Under the pieces are notes generated by a model. That model searched no databases and was not told the DNA's origin. It worked only from the letters and a program-made list of their open reading frames with translations. The position numbers and the translations under genes were made by a program. A DNA stretch of 64,000 nucleotides, from the NCBI GenBank assembly GCA_965207225.1, contig CBDBLV010000004.1, forward strand, positions 224,001-288,000, written 5' to 3'. Position 1 is the first letter of the stretch. Every line of letters starts with the position of its first letter. Below are positions 36,681-46,204 of this stretch, one piece after another. This stretch comes from Dehalococcoidia bacterium. Lineage in GTDB: Bacteria > Chloroflexota > Dehalococcoidia > Plut-88900.

Positions 36681-37301
36681 CTAGTCCCCGGGCGGGGTGG
36701 GGCGCTTGATCTCCTGCAGGTTGGGCACACCGTCGACCAGTCCGAGGACGTTGTCGAAGATGTCCCTGGCCTTGTCTGCCTCGGGCGGGGGCATCATCTT
36801 GACGAAGGCAGAGGCCCCCGACTCGGTGAACATCGTCGGCACTCCGAACACGCCGTAGTTGCTTGTGGCTTCTTCGTAGTCGGCGGCGATGGTCTTGAGG
36901 GCCTCGGGGTCGTTGATGTCTTCGAGGAACTTGTCGACGTCCAGCCCCGACTCCTTCGCAACCTCCGTCAGCACTTCCAGCTTGTCGATGGCCTTGCGCT
37001 GCATGTGCCGCGCGTTAAGGAGGGCGACGTGGAACTTGCCGAACTTCTCGGGGCCCTGCTTCTTGGCGGCTTCACCGGCCTTGAGGGCGAGGAGGCCTCT
37101 GCTGGGGAACGACTCGTCCTGCTCCCAGAGTTTCCAGTCGGGGCCTTCCTTGGAGTTGACTTGCTCCAGCGGGAAGTTCTTCCACGTTATGTTGAGGTCG
37201 TCTCCGTAGGCTTCCTTCACGTCTTGCAGCCAAACTGCTGCAACCCGGACGTAGGGTCAAAGGTAGTCGTAAAAGACCGTGAGATTAACTTTCTCGCTCA
37301 T
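36681..37301 (-). CDS. DsbA/FrnE-like thioredoxin-fold protein, probable selenoprotein (Sec15)
   Basis: ATG 37301 gives MSEKVNLTVFYDYL-UGA-PYVRVAAVWL in frame with the 36681-37220 ORF; cis-Pro motif GVFGVPT; hairpin immediately after the UGA. Confidence 0.85.
37219..37252 (-). promoter_or_regulatory. Bacterial SECIS-like stem-loop
   Basis: UGA-CCCU-ACGUC-cggg-UUGCAGC-aguuug-GCUGCAA-GACGU; apical loop begins 20 nt after the UGA and contains G. Confidence 0.75.
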
Positions 37302-37370
37302 GTCGCCCCGCCTTTCAACTCAAACTGAGGCAATTCTATCACCCGACCCACCTATAATAAAGGCCGTAAC

Positions 37371-38615
37371 ATGGACTACCTCAAGCGAATAGAAGAGCAG
37401 ACCTGCCCCGAGCTCTGGGCTCTCATCATACGGCTGGGGGAGCTGGCCGAGGAACGCGGCGCCCATCTCTTCCTGGCGGGCGGTAGGGTCAGGGACCTGC
37501 TGCTAGGTCGGGAGAGCGCCGACTTTGACCTGGTGGTTGAAGGGGACGCCCTGGAGCTGGTAAAGGCCCTTGCCGGGGACCAGGGAGGCGAGGCGGTCGT
37601 CCACTCCAGGTTCGGCACTGCGACCTACCGGCGCGGAAACCTGGCACTCGACATCGCCACCTCCCGCACAGAGGAATACTCCCGACCCGGCGTCCTCCCC
37701 GATATCCGACCCGGGCCGATTGCTGAGGACCTGAAGCGTCGGGACTTCACCATCAATGCCATGGCAATCAGTCTCGGCCCTCCGGACGCGGGTGTACTGC
37801 TGGACCGGTTCGGGGGTCGGGAGGACCTGGAGAAGGGCCTGGTCAGGGTCCTGCACGAGGGAAGTTTCGTCGATGACCCGACTCGCACTATGCGCGCAAT
37901 ACGCTACGAGCAAAGGCTCGGATTCCGGATAGAACTAAACACCCTGGAACTCATTTCCCGAGACCTGCACCTTCTCCCATCCGTCGGGGTGGACCGGCTG
38001 AGGCGCGAAATCGAGCTATTTCTCAGCGAGCCCGAGCCTGAATTGCAGTTCGGTCGGGCGGAGGGGTTGGGAATAATCGACGCTATTCAGCGGGGGCTGG
38101 TCATTGAGCCCCGGATGCGGAGACTCTTCAAGGCTGCAAGAGACAACTGCGCGGAGGTCGACCCTACTATCTATCTCGCCCTGCTTCTATACGGTGTTCA
38201 AAAGGACAGGGCCGCAGATTTCCTGGAGCGGTACCGGTTCCCCAAAGAGTGGATTCAGACCGTAACAGGCTCCTTGGCCTTGAGGGATGCGGTAGCGGAA
38301 GTCGGGGTGGAGGGGCTCAGGCCGAGCGAGGTGTACGGGTCCTTCAAGGGTTACGGGAGGGCATCGATTCAGGCCTTCAGAATCGCCGCGAATGGGAAGG
38401 TGGCAAAGAGTCGGGCCGCCGAATATCTGGACCGGCTGGCCCATGTGCGGCCTGACCTGAGCGGCAAAGACCTGATGTCGTTGGGGGTACCCCGAGGCCC
38501 GCAGGTGGGGGGATTTCTGAAACGGTTGCTCGACGCCCGGCTCGATGGGTTAGTCGCGAGTCGGGATGAGGAAGCCACCCTGGTCAAGAATTGGCTGGAG
38601 GAAGCGGGAATCTAG
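37371..38615 (+). CDS. tRNA nucleotidyltransferase (class II; resembles A-adding type)
   Basis: GGRVRDLLLG, DFDLVV, RTEEYSRPGVLP, EDLKRRDFTINAMA, DDPTR. Confidence 0.9.
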   Translation: MDYLKRIEEQTCPELWALIIRLGELAEERGAHLFLAGGRVRDLLLGRESADFDLVVEGDALELVKALAGDQGGEAVVHSRFGTATYRRGNLALDIATSRTEEYSRPGVLPDIRPGPIAEDLKRRDFTINAMAISLGPPDAGVLLDRFGGREDLEKGLVRVLHEGSFVDDPTRTMRAIRYEQRLGFRIELNTLELISRDLHLLPSVGVDRLRREIELFLSEPEPELQFGRAEGLGIIDAIQRGLVIEPRMRRLFKAARDNCAEVDPTIYLALLLYGVQKDRAADFLERYRFPKEWIQTVTGSLALRDAVAEVGVEGLRPSEVYGSFKGYGRASIQAFRIAANGKVAKSRAAEYLDRLAHVRPDLSGKDLMSLGVPRGPQVGGFLKRLLDARLDGLVASRDEEATLVKNWLEEAGI

Positions 38616-39460
38616 CTCGCGGACTTCTCCAGTCTCCGGCGGTGGAAGAGGTACTGCTGGGCGTAGCCGGCGTGACCCCCGAAGTAGTCCAGGGCCCAGG
38701 CCCGAATGGCGTCGTAGGACGGGTTGTGCCCAACCGAATACCACTCCTCGACGGCCCTCCTGACCCACCTGTCTATGGGAAACGAATCCAGCTTTTCAAG
38801 CGAGAACAGCAGCACGCAGTCGGCTACCTTGTCTCCCACCCCGTGCAGCGACATCAGATCCTTCTTGGCGTCGTCGTAGGTCAGCTCTCGGAGCCCGTCA
38901 AGGTCGTACACCCCTCGGCCGATGCGCTCTGCAGTACCGGCGAGGTATGGGGCCCGGAACCCCCAGCCAATCAGCCGCAGACCTGTCTCGCCGAGCTCCA
39001 TCACCCTCTCGGGGGTGGGGAATGAATAGCGGACGTGGCCGTCCATCTCCAGCGGGTCGCCCATCCTCCGGCATAGTGACTCGATGCATTCGCTGATCCT
39101 GGGGATGTTGGAGGAGATTGAACAGATGAAGGAAGCCAGGCACTCCCAGGGCTCTTGCCTGAGGAGTCGGAGGCCGTAGAACTGGGTTATCGCCCGACGC
39201 ATCCTCTCATCTTTGCCAATCCTGGCGTAGATGTCCGGCAGGTCATCATCCAGGCGCAGGTAGTAGATGAGCCGGTTGACTATCTCCTCTTCCGCTTGCG
39301 GGTAGCTTTCAAACTCGACGCCCAGCAACGTCTGTCGAATCTTCAGGATGTTGCCGTAGATGACCCCGTAGTACCAGTCGCCCTCCCGTCTCCAGCGGAA
39401 AGCCTGGCCACATTCCAGGGTGTGGGTGAGGTTGAAGGGCTGCTCGATGGGAATCAGCAT
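38612..39460 (-). CDS. ogg: 8-oxoguanine DNA glycosylase (Ogg1 family, HhH-GPD)
   Basis: TLECGQAFRW, LRLLRQEPWE, GVGDKVADC...FPIDRW, AGYAQQYLF. Confidence 0.88.
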   Translation of the reverse strand: MLIPIEQPFNLTHTLECGQAFRWRREGDWYYGVIYGNILKIRQTLLGVEFESYPQAEEEIVNRLIYYLRLDDDLPDIYARIGKDERMRRAITQFYGLRLLRQEPWECLASFICSISSNIPRISECIESLCRRMGDPLEMDGHVRYSFPTPERVMELGETGLRLIGWGFRAPYLAGTAERIGRGVYDLDGLRELTYDDAKKDLMSLHGVGDKVADCVLLFSLEKLDSFPIDRWVRRAVEEWYSVGHNPSYDAIRAWALDYFGGHAGYAQQYLFHRRRLEKSAS

Positions 39461-39520
39461 TGGGCGGGTGTAAGTGATAGGTCGGGCCTATCCCCCCGAG
39501 GCCGAATCCGGGTTCCGGGG

Positions 39521-40198
39521 TTAATCCGGATTGTACATCGAAAGGGCGCCCTGCCTCAGCCCCGTGGCGGGTTTAAATCGGCCTGCCCTGAGCTCGGCCA
39601 CAAGGTCTTCGTCGGTGTATACGTCCCTTTCAAAGACGGTCACGTTACAGCCGACGCCGTGGTGTGAATGAGCGTCGCTGCCCGCAGTGCAAGGTTTACC
39701 CAGCATCTGGGCCACCTTGTAGGCTGTGTGATTCTCGGTATCGTTATTTCCGCCGTTGAGGGCCTCGATGGCGTCGACGTACTGAAAGACGCGGTGTTGT
39801 GCCGCCTCTTCGAGGGTCTCGGGTTTGGAGCCGTTGGGCCAGAGCAGGCTGCCCCGGTGGTCAAAGAAGCGTCGGAAGGGATGCATGGAGACCATGAACC
39901 CGCCCACTTCGGTAATCACCTCCCGGAGCTTAGCGACCTTGTGCATACCGCTAACGTAGTGGTGCAGGCCGAAAGATCCAACGTGTCCCACATCCGTGTC
40001 CACTTCCAGGGCGTGCAACACAACAATGTCCTGAGCTGCCGCGAACTCCTTGAACTTAGCCCAGTCCCAGTTCGCCCCATGCTCCGTGAAGCAGATACCA
40101 TCCAACCCTTGCTTCTTGGCTTCCATGACCAGGTCCTCGGGCGAGATGCTGCTGTCGCTCCCGCCGACCATGGTGTGGGAGTGGAGGTCTATCAGCAC
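39521..40198 (-). CDS. PHP domain metal-dependent phosphoesterase
   Basis: DLHSHT, FTEH, HPFR, AGSDAH. Confidence 0.88.
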   Translation of the reverse strand: MLIDLHSHTMVGGSDSSISPEDLVMEAKKQGLDGICFTEHGANWDWAKFKEFAAAQDIVVLHALEVDTDVGHVGSFGLHHYVSGMHKVAKLREVITEVGGFMVSMHPFRRFFDHRGSLLWPNGSKPETLEEAAQHRVFQYVDAIEALNGGNNDTENHTAYKVAQMLGKPCTAGSDAHSHHGVGCNVTVFERDVYTDEDLVAELRAGRFKPATGLRQGALSMYNPD

Positions 40199-40289
40199 GT
40201 AGACGACCTACTAAAGCTACTTGGTATCAACAAGAATGCAAGCTGTGAAGAAACGAACAAAGTGGCCCAATACTAACATTTGAAGCCAG

Positions 40290-40721
40290 TTATGACAATA
40301 AGATCGGCATGAGCCAGCCAAACATCCCTGCAAAGGCCAGCCCCAGCAGGTAACCGTCTCTCCAGAACCACTTTCGCACCCAAAACGCAACAAGTATCAG
40401 CACGTTCGCGGTGAAGGCGCAGACCGCTATTGCGAAGACCATGTTTTCGCTGCCCAGCCCGGGCCCCGGGGCCAACGCCTCCGCGCCGATGTACAGCGCC
40501 CCGATCATTCCCCCCACCAGCCCCCAGGCCCCCATAATGACCAGGGGAAGAAGGGCGGCCGCAGGAATGGTCCCGGGGACCCGGTCCAGGTAGGAGAAGA
40601 AGTTGCTCGGGGTGCGGCCGGGTTTGGTGACGTTGATGGCCCACAGCATGGTGAACAGGGACCCCATGAAGAAGCCGCATGCAGTGCCGATAAGTAGTGC
40701 CACGGTCCTACATGGCCTCAT
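40290..40721 (-). CDS. Hypothetical 4-TM membrane protein
   Basis: Four hydrophobic segments; coupled to the ispE stop; start uncertain (ATG 40721 or GTG 40703). Confidence 0.6.
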   Translation of the reverse strand: MRPCRTVALLIGTACGFFMGSLFTMLWAINVTKPGRTPSNFFSYLDRVPGTIPAAALLPLVIMGAWGLVGGMIGALYIGAEALAPGPGLGSENMVFAIAVCAFTANVLILVAFWVRKWFWRDGYLLGLAFAGMFGWLMPILLS

Positions 40722-41611
40722 ACATCAGAGGTAATCCGGGGCCCTTCACCCGGCGCAAGAGTCCTGACCAGCCGGCAGTCCAGACCCCGCTTTTTGCATT
40801 CCCTTACTACCTTTTGCCCTTCCTCCCGGCTCTCTACAAGGCAGAAGAGGGTAGGCCCTGCCCCCGAGAGGTGGACCGGCGCGCCGCTCACGACTTCCAG
40901 CGTTTTCCACGCCTTATCGATACCAGGGAACAGCGTGGTTGCCACGCTGTCGAAGACGTTGAAAAGGGAGTCGTTGTCAAGGGCAGAGTCATTTCTTAGC
41001 AGGCTGGCCAGTCGGATTGTCTTTTGGCCATCGGTGTAGTCCCGAGGGGTGAGCGCCTTGTAGGCTGTGGCGGTTTTGTTATCGAGGAGGCTTGGTTGGA
41101 AAGCGAGGGCCAGCCATACGGTCGGAGGGGCGGGGAGGGGGGTTATGTGTTCACCTCGGCCCTCAGCAAGGGCCGAGCCGCCTGAGAGAAAGAACGGAAT
41201 GTCCGAGCCCAGCTGCGCGGCCAGGGCCGCAAGCTCTTGAATGTCGAGGCCCAATTCCCAGAAGCAATTCAGTCCGAGGAGTATAGCTGCTGCATCACTG
41301 CTCCCACCCCCCATCCCCGCCGCTATCGGAATTCCCTTCTTGAGCCTGATCTCCACCCCATCATCCACTCTTTTCGCTCTCTTGATCAGTTCGGCGGCTC
41401 GATAGACTAGGTTGTCCCGTGTCCCTAGTTCCGGCACATCGGCAATCAGCTGCACATCTTCGGCTAACGACAGCGTCAGGGTATCGAACAGGCTGACTGC
41501 TTGCATAACTGAAGCGATCTCGTGGTAGCCGTCATCCCGCTTGCCGAGGACCTCCAGGGTGAGGTTTACTTTAGCGGGGGTCTCTATGGTGACCCTATAT
41601 GAAGCGGTCAA
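40718..41611 (-). CDS. ispE: 4-diphosphocytidyl-2-C-methyl-D-erythritol kinase
   Basis: PAKVNLTL...DGYHEI, KGIPIAAGMGGGSSDAA, LGSDIPFF, SGAGPT; TTG start overlaps the rsmA TGA. Confidence 0.95.
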   Translation of the reverse strand: MTASYRVTIETPAKVNLTLEVLGKRDDGYHEIASVMQAVSLFDTLTLSLAEDVQLIADVPELGTRDNLVYRAAELIKRAKRVDDGVEIRLKKGIPIAAGMGGGSSDAAAILLGLNCFWELGLDIQELAALAAQLGSDIPFFLSGGSALAEGRGEHITPLPAPPTVWLALAFQPSLLDNKTATAYKALTPRDYTDGQKTIRLASLLRNDSALDNDSLFNVFDSVATTLFPGIDKAWKTLEVVSGAPVHLSGAGPTLFCLVESREEGQKVVRECKKRGLDCRLVRTLAPGEGPRITSDV

Positions 41612-42450
41612 CCCAGGGCCTCCGAAAGCCGGTCCCACTCTTGAATGGTCAGAGTGGCGGGCCTGCGCCGTCCATCGATTCCCACGTCATCCAACGCCGT
41701 CCCAATCACATCAACATCTACTTCAAGACCTTGCATCAGCGAATTGTGAAGCTGCTTTCTCGGGGCCCGAAATCCGGCCCTGGCCATTCGGAAGAAGCGT
41801 TCCGGATGGGGGACCAGAGGCTCGAGATAAACGTCGATGGCTACGACGGCGGAGTCTACTTTGGGCTTGGGCCGGAACTTGGATGCCGGGACGCGAGTGA
41901 CAATCATCGGGGCGCCGTAGACCTGGACTGCAAGACTCAGGAGGCCCATTTTCCCCGGCCTGGCGACCATGTTCTCCGCCACCTCTTTCTGCACCATCAC
42001 GACCATTTTGGCGGGCTTACAGTCGGATTCCAGGAAGTGCCGGATAATGGGCGAAGCAACGAAGTAGGGCAGGTTCCCGACTACCTTGTAATTGTCTTGC
42101 TTCCCGGAAATCTGTACGGTGTAGTTCGCTAGCAACTGTTGTGGAGAGATCTCTCGCACGTCTGCGGTTACTACGTGGACATGGGGCAAATCGGAGAGGT
42201 CGGATTGCAGGAGGTCGGAGAGGCGGGAGTCTATTTCAACTGCAATGACACTTTGGAAGCTTTCGGCAAGGAGTCGAGTCAGTGCTCCCGTGCCCGGGCC
42301 GACCTCCACCACAACCTCGTCGGGGCCCGGGTCAGCGGCCTCTACGATCTTCCTGGCTACCGCGGGATCCTTGAGAAAGTGCTGGCCCAGGGACTTTTTG
42401 GCTCGGATACCGGGGCCTGTGGGCTTCTCGCCGGCGGCAGAGACAGTCAT
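41608..42450 (-). CDS. rsmA: 16S rRNA dimethyladenosine transferase
   Basis: KKSLGQHFL, EVGPGTGALT, GNLPY, FRPKPKVDSA. Confidence 0.97.
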   Translation of the reverse strand: MTVSAAGEKPTGPGIRAKKSLGQHFLKDPAVARKIVEAADPGPDEVVVEVGPGTGALTRLLAESFQSVIAVEIDSRLSDLLQSDLSDLPHVHVVTADVREISPQQLLANYTVQISGKQDNYKVVGNLPYFVASPIIRHFLESDCKPAKMVVMVQKEVAENMVARPGKMGLLSLAVQVYGAPMIVTRVPASKFRPKPKVDSAVVAIDVYLEPLVPHPERFFRMARAGFRAPRKQLHNSLMQGLEVDVDVIGTALDDVGIDGRRRPATLTIQEWDRLSEALG

Positions 42451-42521
42451 AAGATTACCCTATACGCAAGGGGAGACGATGTCTAATGCCTCGGCGAAGA
42501 ATCGGTCTGAAGGTTGCTACG

Positions 42522-42962
42522 CTACAAGTTAAGGGGCAGGGCGCCGATCTGCTTGTAGATGTTCACGTTGTCCCGGTAGGCGCGGAGCGCTTTGAGCTTG
42601 CCGTCCTTGAATTCGGCAATCTCCATGAACGTCCACCCGACCTTCTTGCCCGTGGCGGGAATGCCGTTGAAGTCTCCAAGGTGAGTCCCCGACACCGTGG
42701 CCTCTGCCGCTGCCCAGTTGCCGGATGCGATGATCATTTTGCCCGTGATCCTAGAGTCCGGAAACGCACCCCACCACTTCTCCAGCGCAGCAATGAACAT
42801 GTCCCGTCCCTTATCGGTATCCGCGCGGGAGGCATCGTGGAATTCAAAGTCGTCAGAGCAGAAGGCGCGGAACTTGGCGGGGTCGTGGCTGTTAAAGCAG
42901 GCGAATATCTTTTCCAGAAGGGCTACGGTCTCGGGATCACCCGCATAGGGCACGTTGCTCAT
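42522..42962 (-). CDS. SnoaL-like / ester cyclase (NTF2 fold) protein
   Basis: AFPD, GTHLGDFNGIPATGKKV, FKDGK. Confidence 0.88.
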   Translation of the reverse strand: MSNVPYAGDPETVALLEKIFACFNSHDPAKFRAFCSDDFEFHDASRADTDKGRDMFIAALEKWWGAFPDSRITGKMIIASGNWAAAEATVSGTHLGDFNGIPATGKKVGWTFMEIAEFKDGKLKALRAYRDNVNIYKQIGALPLNL

Positions 42963-42984
42963 GGCTATCTCCGTCTCTTGAGAT

Positions 42985-43827
42985 CTAGGTCATTCCGAGG
43001 ATGCGCTTGGCATTTTCCAGCATGATGAGGGGTCGGGCCTCGTCCCAGAAGGGCGCTCCTTCGAAGTCTCGTACCCAGCGCTCGGGGGTGAGGGCGGGGT
43101 AGTCGGAGCCGAAGAGGACCTTGTGCTTTATCAAGGTGCTGGCGTACTGGATTAGCAGTGGATTGAAGTATTTCGGTGACCAGCCGGATATGTCCATGTA
43201 GACGTTGGGCTTGTGGACCAGGACGGCAAGCTGCTCCTCGACCCACGGGAAGGCCTGGTGGGCCATGACTATGGTGAGTTCCGGGATGTCGGCGGCGATA
43301 TCGTCGATGTAGGGGATGGGCTTGGTGTACTTCAGGTGGACGCCCCCGCCCCCCGGCAGCCCCGCCCCGACCCCTGTGGTGCCGGTGTGGAACATGGCAA
43401 TCATGCCCAGCTCGGCAATCTTTTCGTAGATCGGGTAGAACCTGCGCTCATTAGGGTAAAATTCCTGGGTCATGGGGATGAACTTGATCCCCTTCAGGCC
43501 CAGCTCCTTGTGGGCTCTCTCGACCTCTTTCACCGCCAACTTTCCCATCCAAGGGTCTACGGAGCCGAATCCAATGAAGGTGTCGGGATATCGTTTTGAT
43601 ATGGAGGAAACCCAGTCGTTGCTGTCCCATTCGTCGCCCTGGGCGGTGCGGTCGTCATTGGCCAGGACCACGGCCATATAGTCCAGCTCCCTGTATTTCG
43701 CTGCCAGCTCTTCAAGGGTGAGCTCGGGTGGAGACTTGAAGTAGGTGGCCATAGCGGAGTGAAAGCGGGTTGGGGGCTTTCCCGGCTCTTTCGGGGGGTG
43801 GATGTGGAAATCAATTGCCTTAGGCAC
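42985..43827 (-). CDS. Amidohydrolase 2 family protein
   Basis: IDFHIH, FHTG, MAH, VYMDISGW, LFGSDYP. Confidence 0.9.
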   Translation of the reverse strand: MPKAIDFHIHPPKEPGKPPTRFHSAMATYFKSPPELTLEELAAKYRELDYMAVVLANDDRTAQGDEWDSNDWVSSISKRYPDTFIGFGSVDPWMGKLAVKEVERAHKELGLKGIKFIPMTQEFYPNERRFYPIYEKIAELGMIAMFHTGTTGVGAGLPGGGGVHLKYTKPIPYIDDIAADIPELTIVMAHQAFPWVEEQLAVLVHKPNVYMDISGWSPKYFNPLLIQYASTLIKHKVLFGSDYPALTPERWVRDFEGAPFWDEARPLIMLENAKRILGMT

Positions 43828-43852
43828 AGACTGCTCCTGGGGAAGAGTTTTA

Positions 43853-44123
43853 GATCGTGCACCCCCCGTCGATCTTGCCCCTCCGGCCTGCCATCCGCCG
43901 TCGGGCTCAGACCAGGCGACCCTACGGCACCCAGAATGGACCGCTTACCGTTGCTTCCTTCCGGACCTGGCGGGATTCACGGTTTTCTGCCGCGTAGGAC
44001 CCAATCATCAGCGCCCGCCGGACGAACGCAGCATCCGAAGGACCAGGACCTCTAGGGGGAATTCAGTCCCGCTGTAGCGGATTGCAGGTTCAGGGCACCG
44101 CTAGCTCCCCACCTAGCACGACC
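43853..44123 (-). ncRNA. ffs: Large (Alu-containing, Bacillus-type) SRP RNA
   Basis: Alu domain GGGGAGCTAGCGGTGCCCTG...GCAATCCGCT; helix 8 CCAGGTCCGGAAGGAAGCAACGG; terminal pairing GTCGTGC/GCACGAT. Confidence 0.95.
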
Positions 44124-44130
44124 TGATAAT

Positions 44131-44159
44131 ATGTTATTTGACCCCAATTTCAGTGTCAA
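44131..44159 (-). promoter_or_regulatory. Sigma70 promoter of SRP RNA
   Basis: TTGACA(44154-44159)-17 bp-TAACAT(44131-44136), 7 nt upstream of the RNA 5' end. Confidence 0.8.
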
Positions 44160-44245
44160 ACAAAGAGGGCTTAGTCGAGGATACGGGCGAAATTGAACGA
44201 AGTATGGCTTTGTGATAACCTACCGCCCGCCGGTACAAAAGGCCC

Positions 44246-45472
44246 GTGCCCCGAGGCGGTATCTCAGGCATGGCAATTGTACGTTTTCTCTTCCACGCTC
44301 CCATCGGAGCAAGGGCCCCGACCGGCGCCTTAACGGAGTCAGACCGGGCTGAGGAGGTCTCAGCCATCGACTCGAATTTGTATCGATGGGGTAATGTGTT
44401 GGCTAACGCCCAAAGGCTGACCGGAAGTGTTCTAGGGGGACTGACGGGGGCCCTGTTAGGACTGGGCACAGGTCTGGCCCTTGTCGAGGCAGGGATTGCC
44501 GAAGGCTGGAAGCCCTGGTTGGTCCTGGGAGCAAGTCTCACTGGGTTACTGCTCGGAACTGTGGTGACTGCCCTGATTCTGGTCCCGTTCATGCAAAGGA
44601 CTGCCAAGCGGATGGAGGCAGTCCGCCCGGGAATAGTCCTGTCGGGGGTTGTGGGGGCTCTGGCGGGGGTCCTTCTTTCGGTCAGTCTCGTATATATACT
44701 TTCCGTCGGTTCCCTGCCTTACCCCTGGGACAAAGTGACTCCGGCTCTGCTGGTAACGACGCTTGGGTCTCTCGGGGCATGGGTGAGCGCCATACGCATC
44801 TCGCGTCTGGCCTGGCCCGTGGCCCGAGAGCGGATAGACGGTACGAGCGCAACCATGACATCTACGAACGGCCAGGCCAACGGGCGATGCATCCTGGTCG
44901 ACACCTCAGCCATCATTGACGGCCGCATCGCCGAAATAACCCACACCGGATTCGTGGATGGCGAGCTTCTAATCCCAAGATTCGTACTCGAAGAGCTCCA
45001 GTTCGTGGCCGACTCCCCGGACAGCCTCAAGCGCAACCGGGGACGTCGGGGGCTGGACGTACTGAACCGGCTCCAAAAGGACAGCAACATCGGCGTTCAG
45101 ATTTCGGATGTCGACGTTCCCGACCAGGACGGCGTCGACAGCAAGCTGGTCAGCCTGGCCAAGCGTTCCGATTATTCCCTCCTCACCACCGACTTCAACC
45201 TGAACAAAGTCGCCGAGCTGCAGGGCATCAAGGTCCTGAACATCAACGACCTCGCCAACTCCCTCAAGCCCACCCTCATCCCCGGAGAGGAGCTGAACCT
45301 CCACATCACCCAGGAGGGCAAGGAGGATAGCCAGGGGGTCGGGTTCCTTGACGACGGCACGATGGTTGTCGTAGAGGGAGGGATCAGATACCTGAACTCC
45401 CAGCTGCCGGTGGTAATTACCCGTGTCCTTCAGACCTCGGCGGGGCGGATAATCTTCGCTCACCTGAAGTAG
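44246..45472 (+). CDS. PIN/TRAM domain membrane protein (YacL family); start uncertain
   Basis: LVDTSAIIDGRI, RNRGRRGLDVL, TTDFNLNKVA, GFLDDGTMVVVE; yacL-ispD-ispF-cysS gene order. Confidence 0.9.
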   Translation: MPRGGISGMAIVRFLFHAPIGARAPTGALTESDRAEEVSAIDSNLYRWGNVLANAQRLTGSVLGGLTGALLGLGTGLALVEAGIAEGWKPWLVLGASLTGLLLGTVVTALILVPFMQRTAKRMEAVRPGIVLSGVVGALAGVLLSVSLVYILSVGSLPYPWDKVTPALLVTTLGSLGAWVSAIRISRLAWPVARERIDGTSATMTSTNGQANGRCILVDTSAIIDGRIAEITHTGFVDGELLIPRFVLEELQFVADSPDSLKRNRGRRGLDVLNRLQKDSNIGVQISDVDVPDQDGVDSKLVSLAKRSDYSLLTTDFNLNKVAELQGIKVLNINDLANSLKPTLIPGEELNLHITQEGKEDSQGVGFLDDGTMVVVEGGIRYLNSQLPVVITRVLQTSAGRIIFAHLK

Positions 45473-45476
45473 GGAC

Positions 45477-46196
45477 GTGGGAGAGCAAGGCCGCGGCCCG
45501 GGGCACGAGCAATCCGTAGGCGCGTTGATTCTCGCCGCTGGCAGCAGTCAGAGGATGCAGGGCATCGACAAGACCTTCGCCCCAATACTGGGCAAGCCCC
45601 TCATACTTCACACCCTCTCCGTTTTTCTTGACTGCCCAGGAATTCAAAAGATTGTATTGGTCATGCCGGAATCCAACCTGGATAAAGGGCAAGACTTGAT
45701 TGCAGAGCACCTAGGCCCTGATCGAGTGACGGTGTGCGCCGGCGGCAACAGGCGGCAGGACTCGGCCGCCAGGGGCCTCGAAGCCCTCGGCCCCTGCGAC
45801 CTCGTAGCCGTCCATGACGGGGCTCGGCCCTGCCTCTCATCCGAAACCCTCAATAGCGTAGTTGCCGACGCCCGCAAACACGGCAGTGTCGTGGTAGCAG
45901 TCCCGATTACCGACACCGTAAAGCGCACCGATGCCGAAGGCTACGTATCCGCCGCCGTGTCCCGTGACGGCCTATGGGCGATGCAGACCCCTCAAGTATT
46001 CCCCTATGACCTTGTAAGACGCGCCTATAGTGAAGTGAGCCAGGACGTCACCGACGATGCCTCAATGGTCGAGGGGCTGGGAATCAAGGTTAGGCTCACT
46101 CTCGGCTCCCCGACAAATCTGAAGGTAACCACCCCCGCCGACCTGGAGCTCGCCGAAATGATACTGACGGCCCGGGCCAGGGGTTCCGAAGGGTAG
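45477..46196 (+). CDS. ispD: 2-C-methyl-D-erythritol 4-phosphate cytidylyltransferase
   Basis: LAAGSSQRM, VHDGARP, QTPQVF, TDDAS, NLKVTTPADL. Confidence 0.96.
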   Translation: MGEQGRGPGHEQSVGALILAAGSSQRMQGIDKTFAPILGKPLILHTLSVFLDCPGIQKIVLVMPESNLDKGQDLIAEHLGPDRVTVCAGGNRRQDSAARGLEALGPCDLVAVHDGARPCLSSETLNSVVADARKHGSVVVAVPITDTVKRTDAEGYVSAAVSRDGLWAMQTPQVFPYDLVRRAYSEVSQDVTDDASMVEGLGIKVRLTLGSPTNLKVTTPADLELAEMILTARARGSEG

Positions 46197-46204
46197 GCAC
46201 TGAA

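Noticed and set aside
44246-45472. PIN-domain toxin-antitoxin system
   Set aside because: This is the membrane PIN/TRAM YacL family in its usual ispD-ispF-cysS context, with no antitoxin gene.
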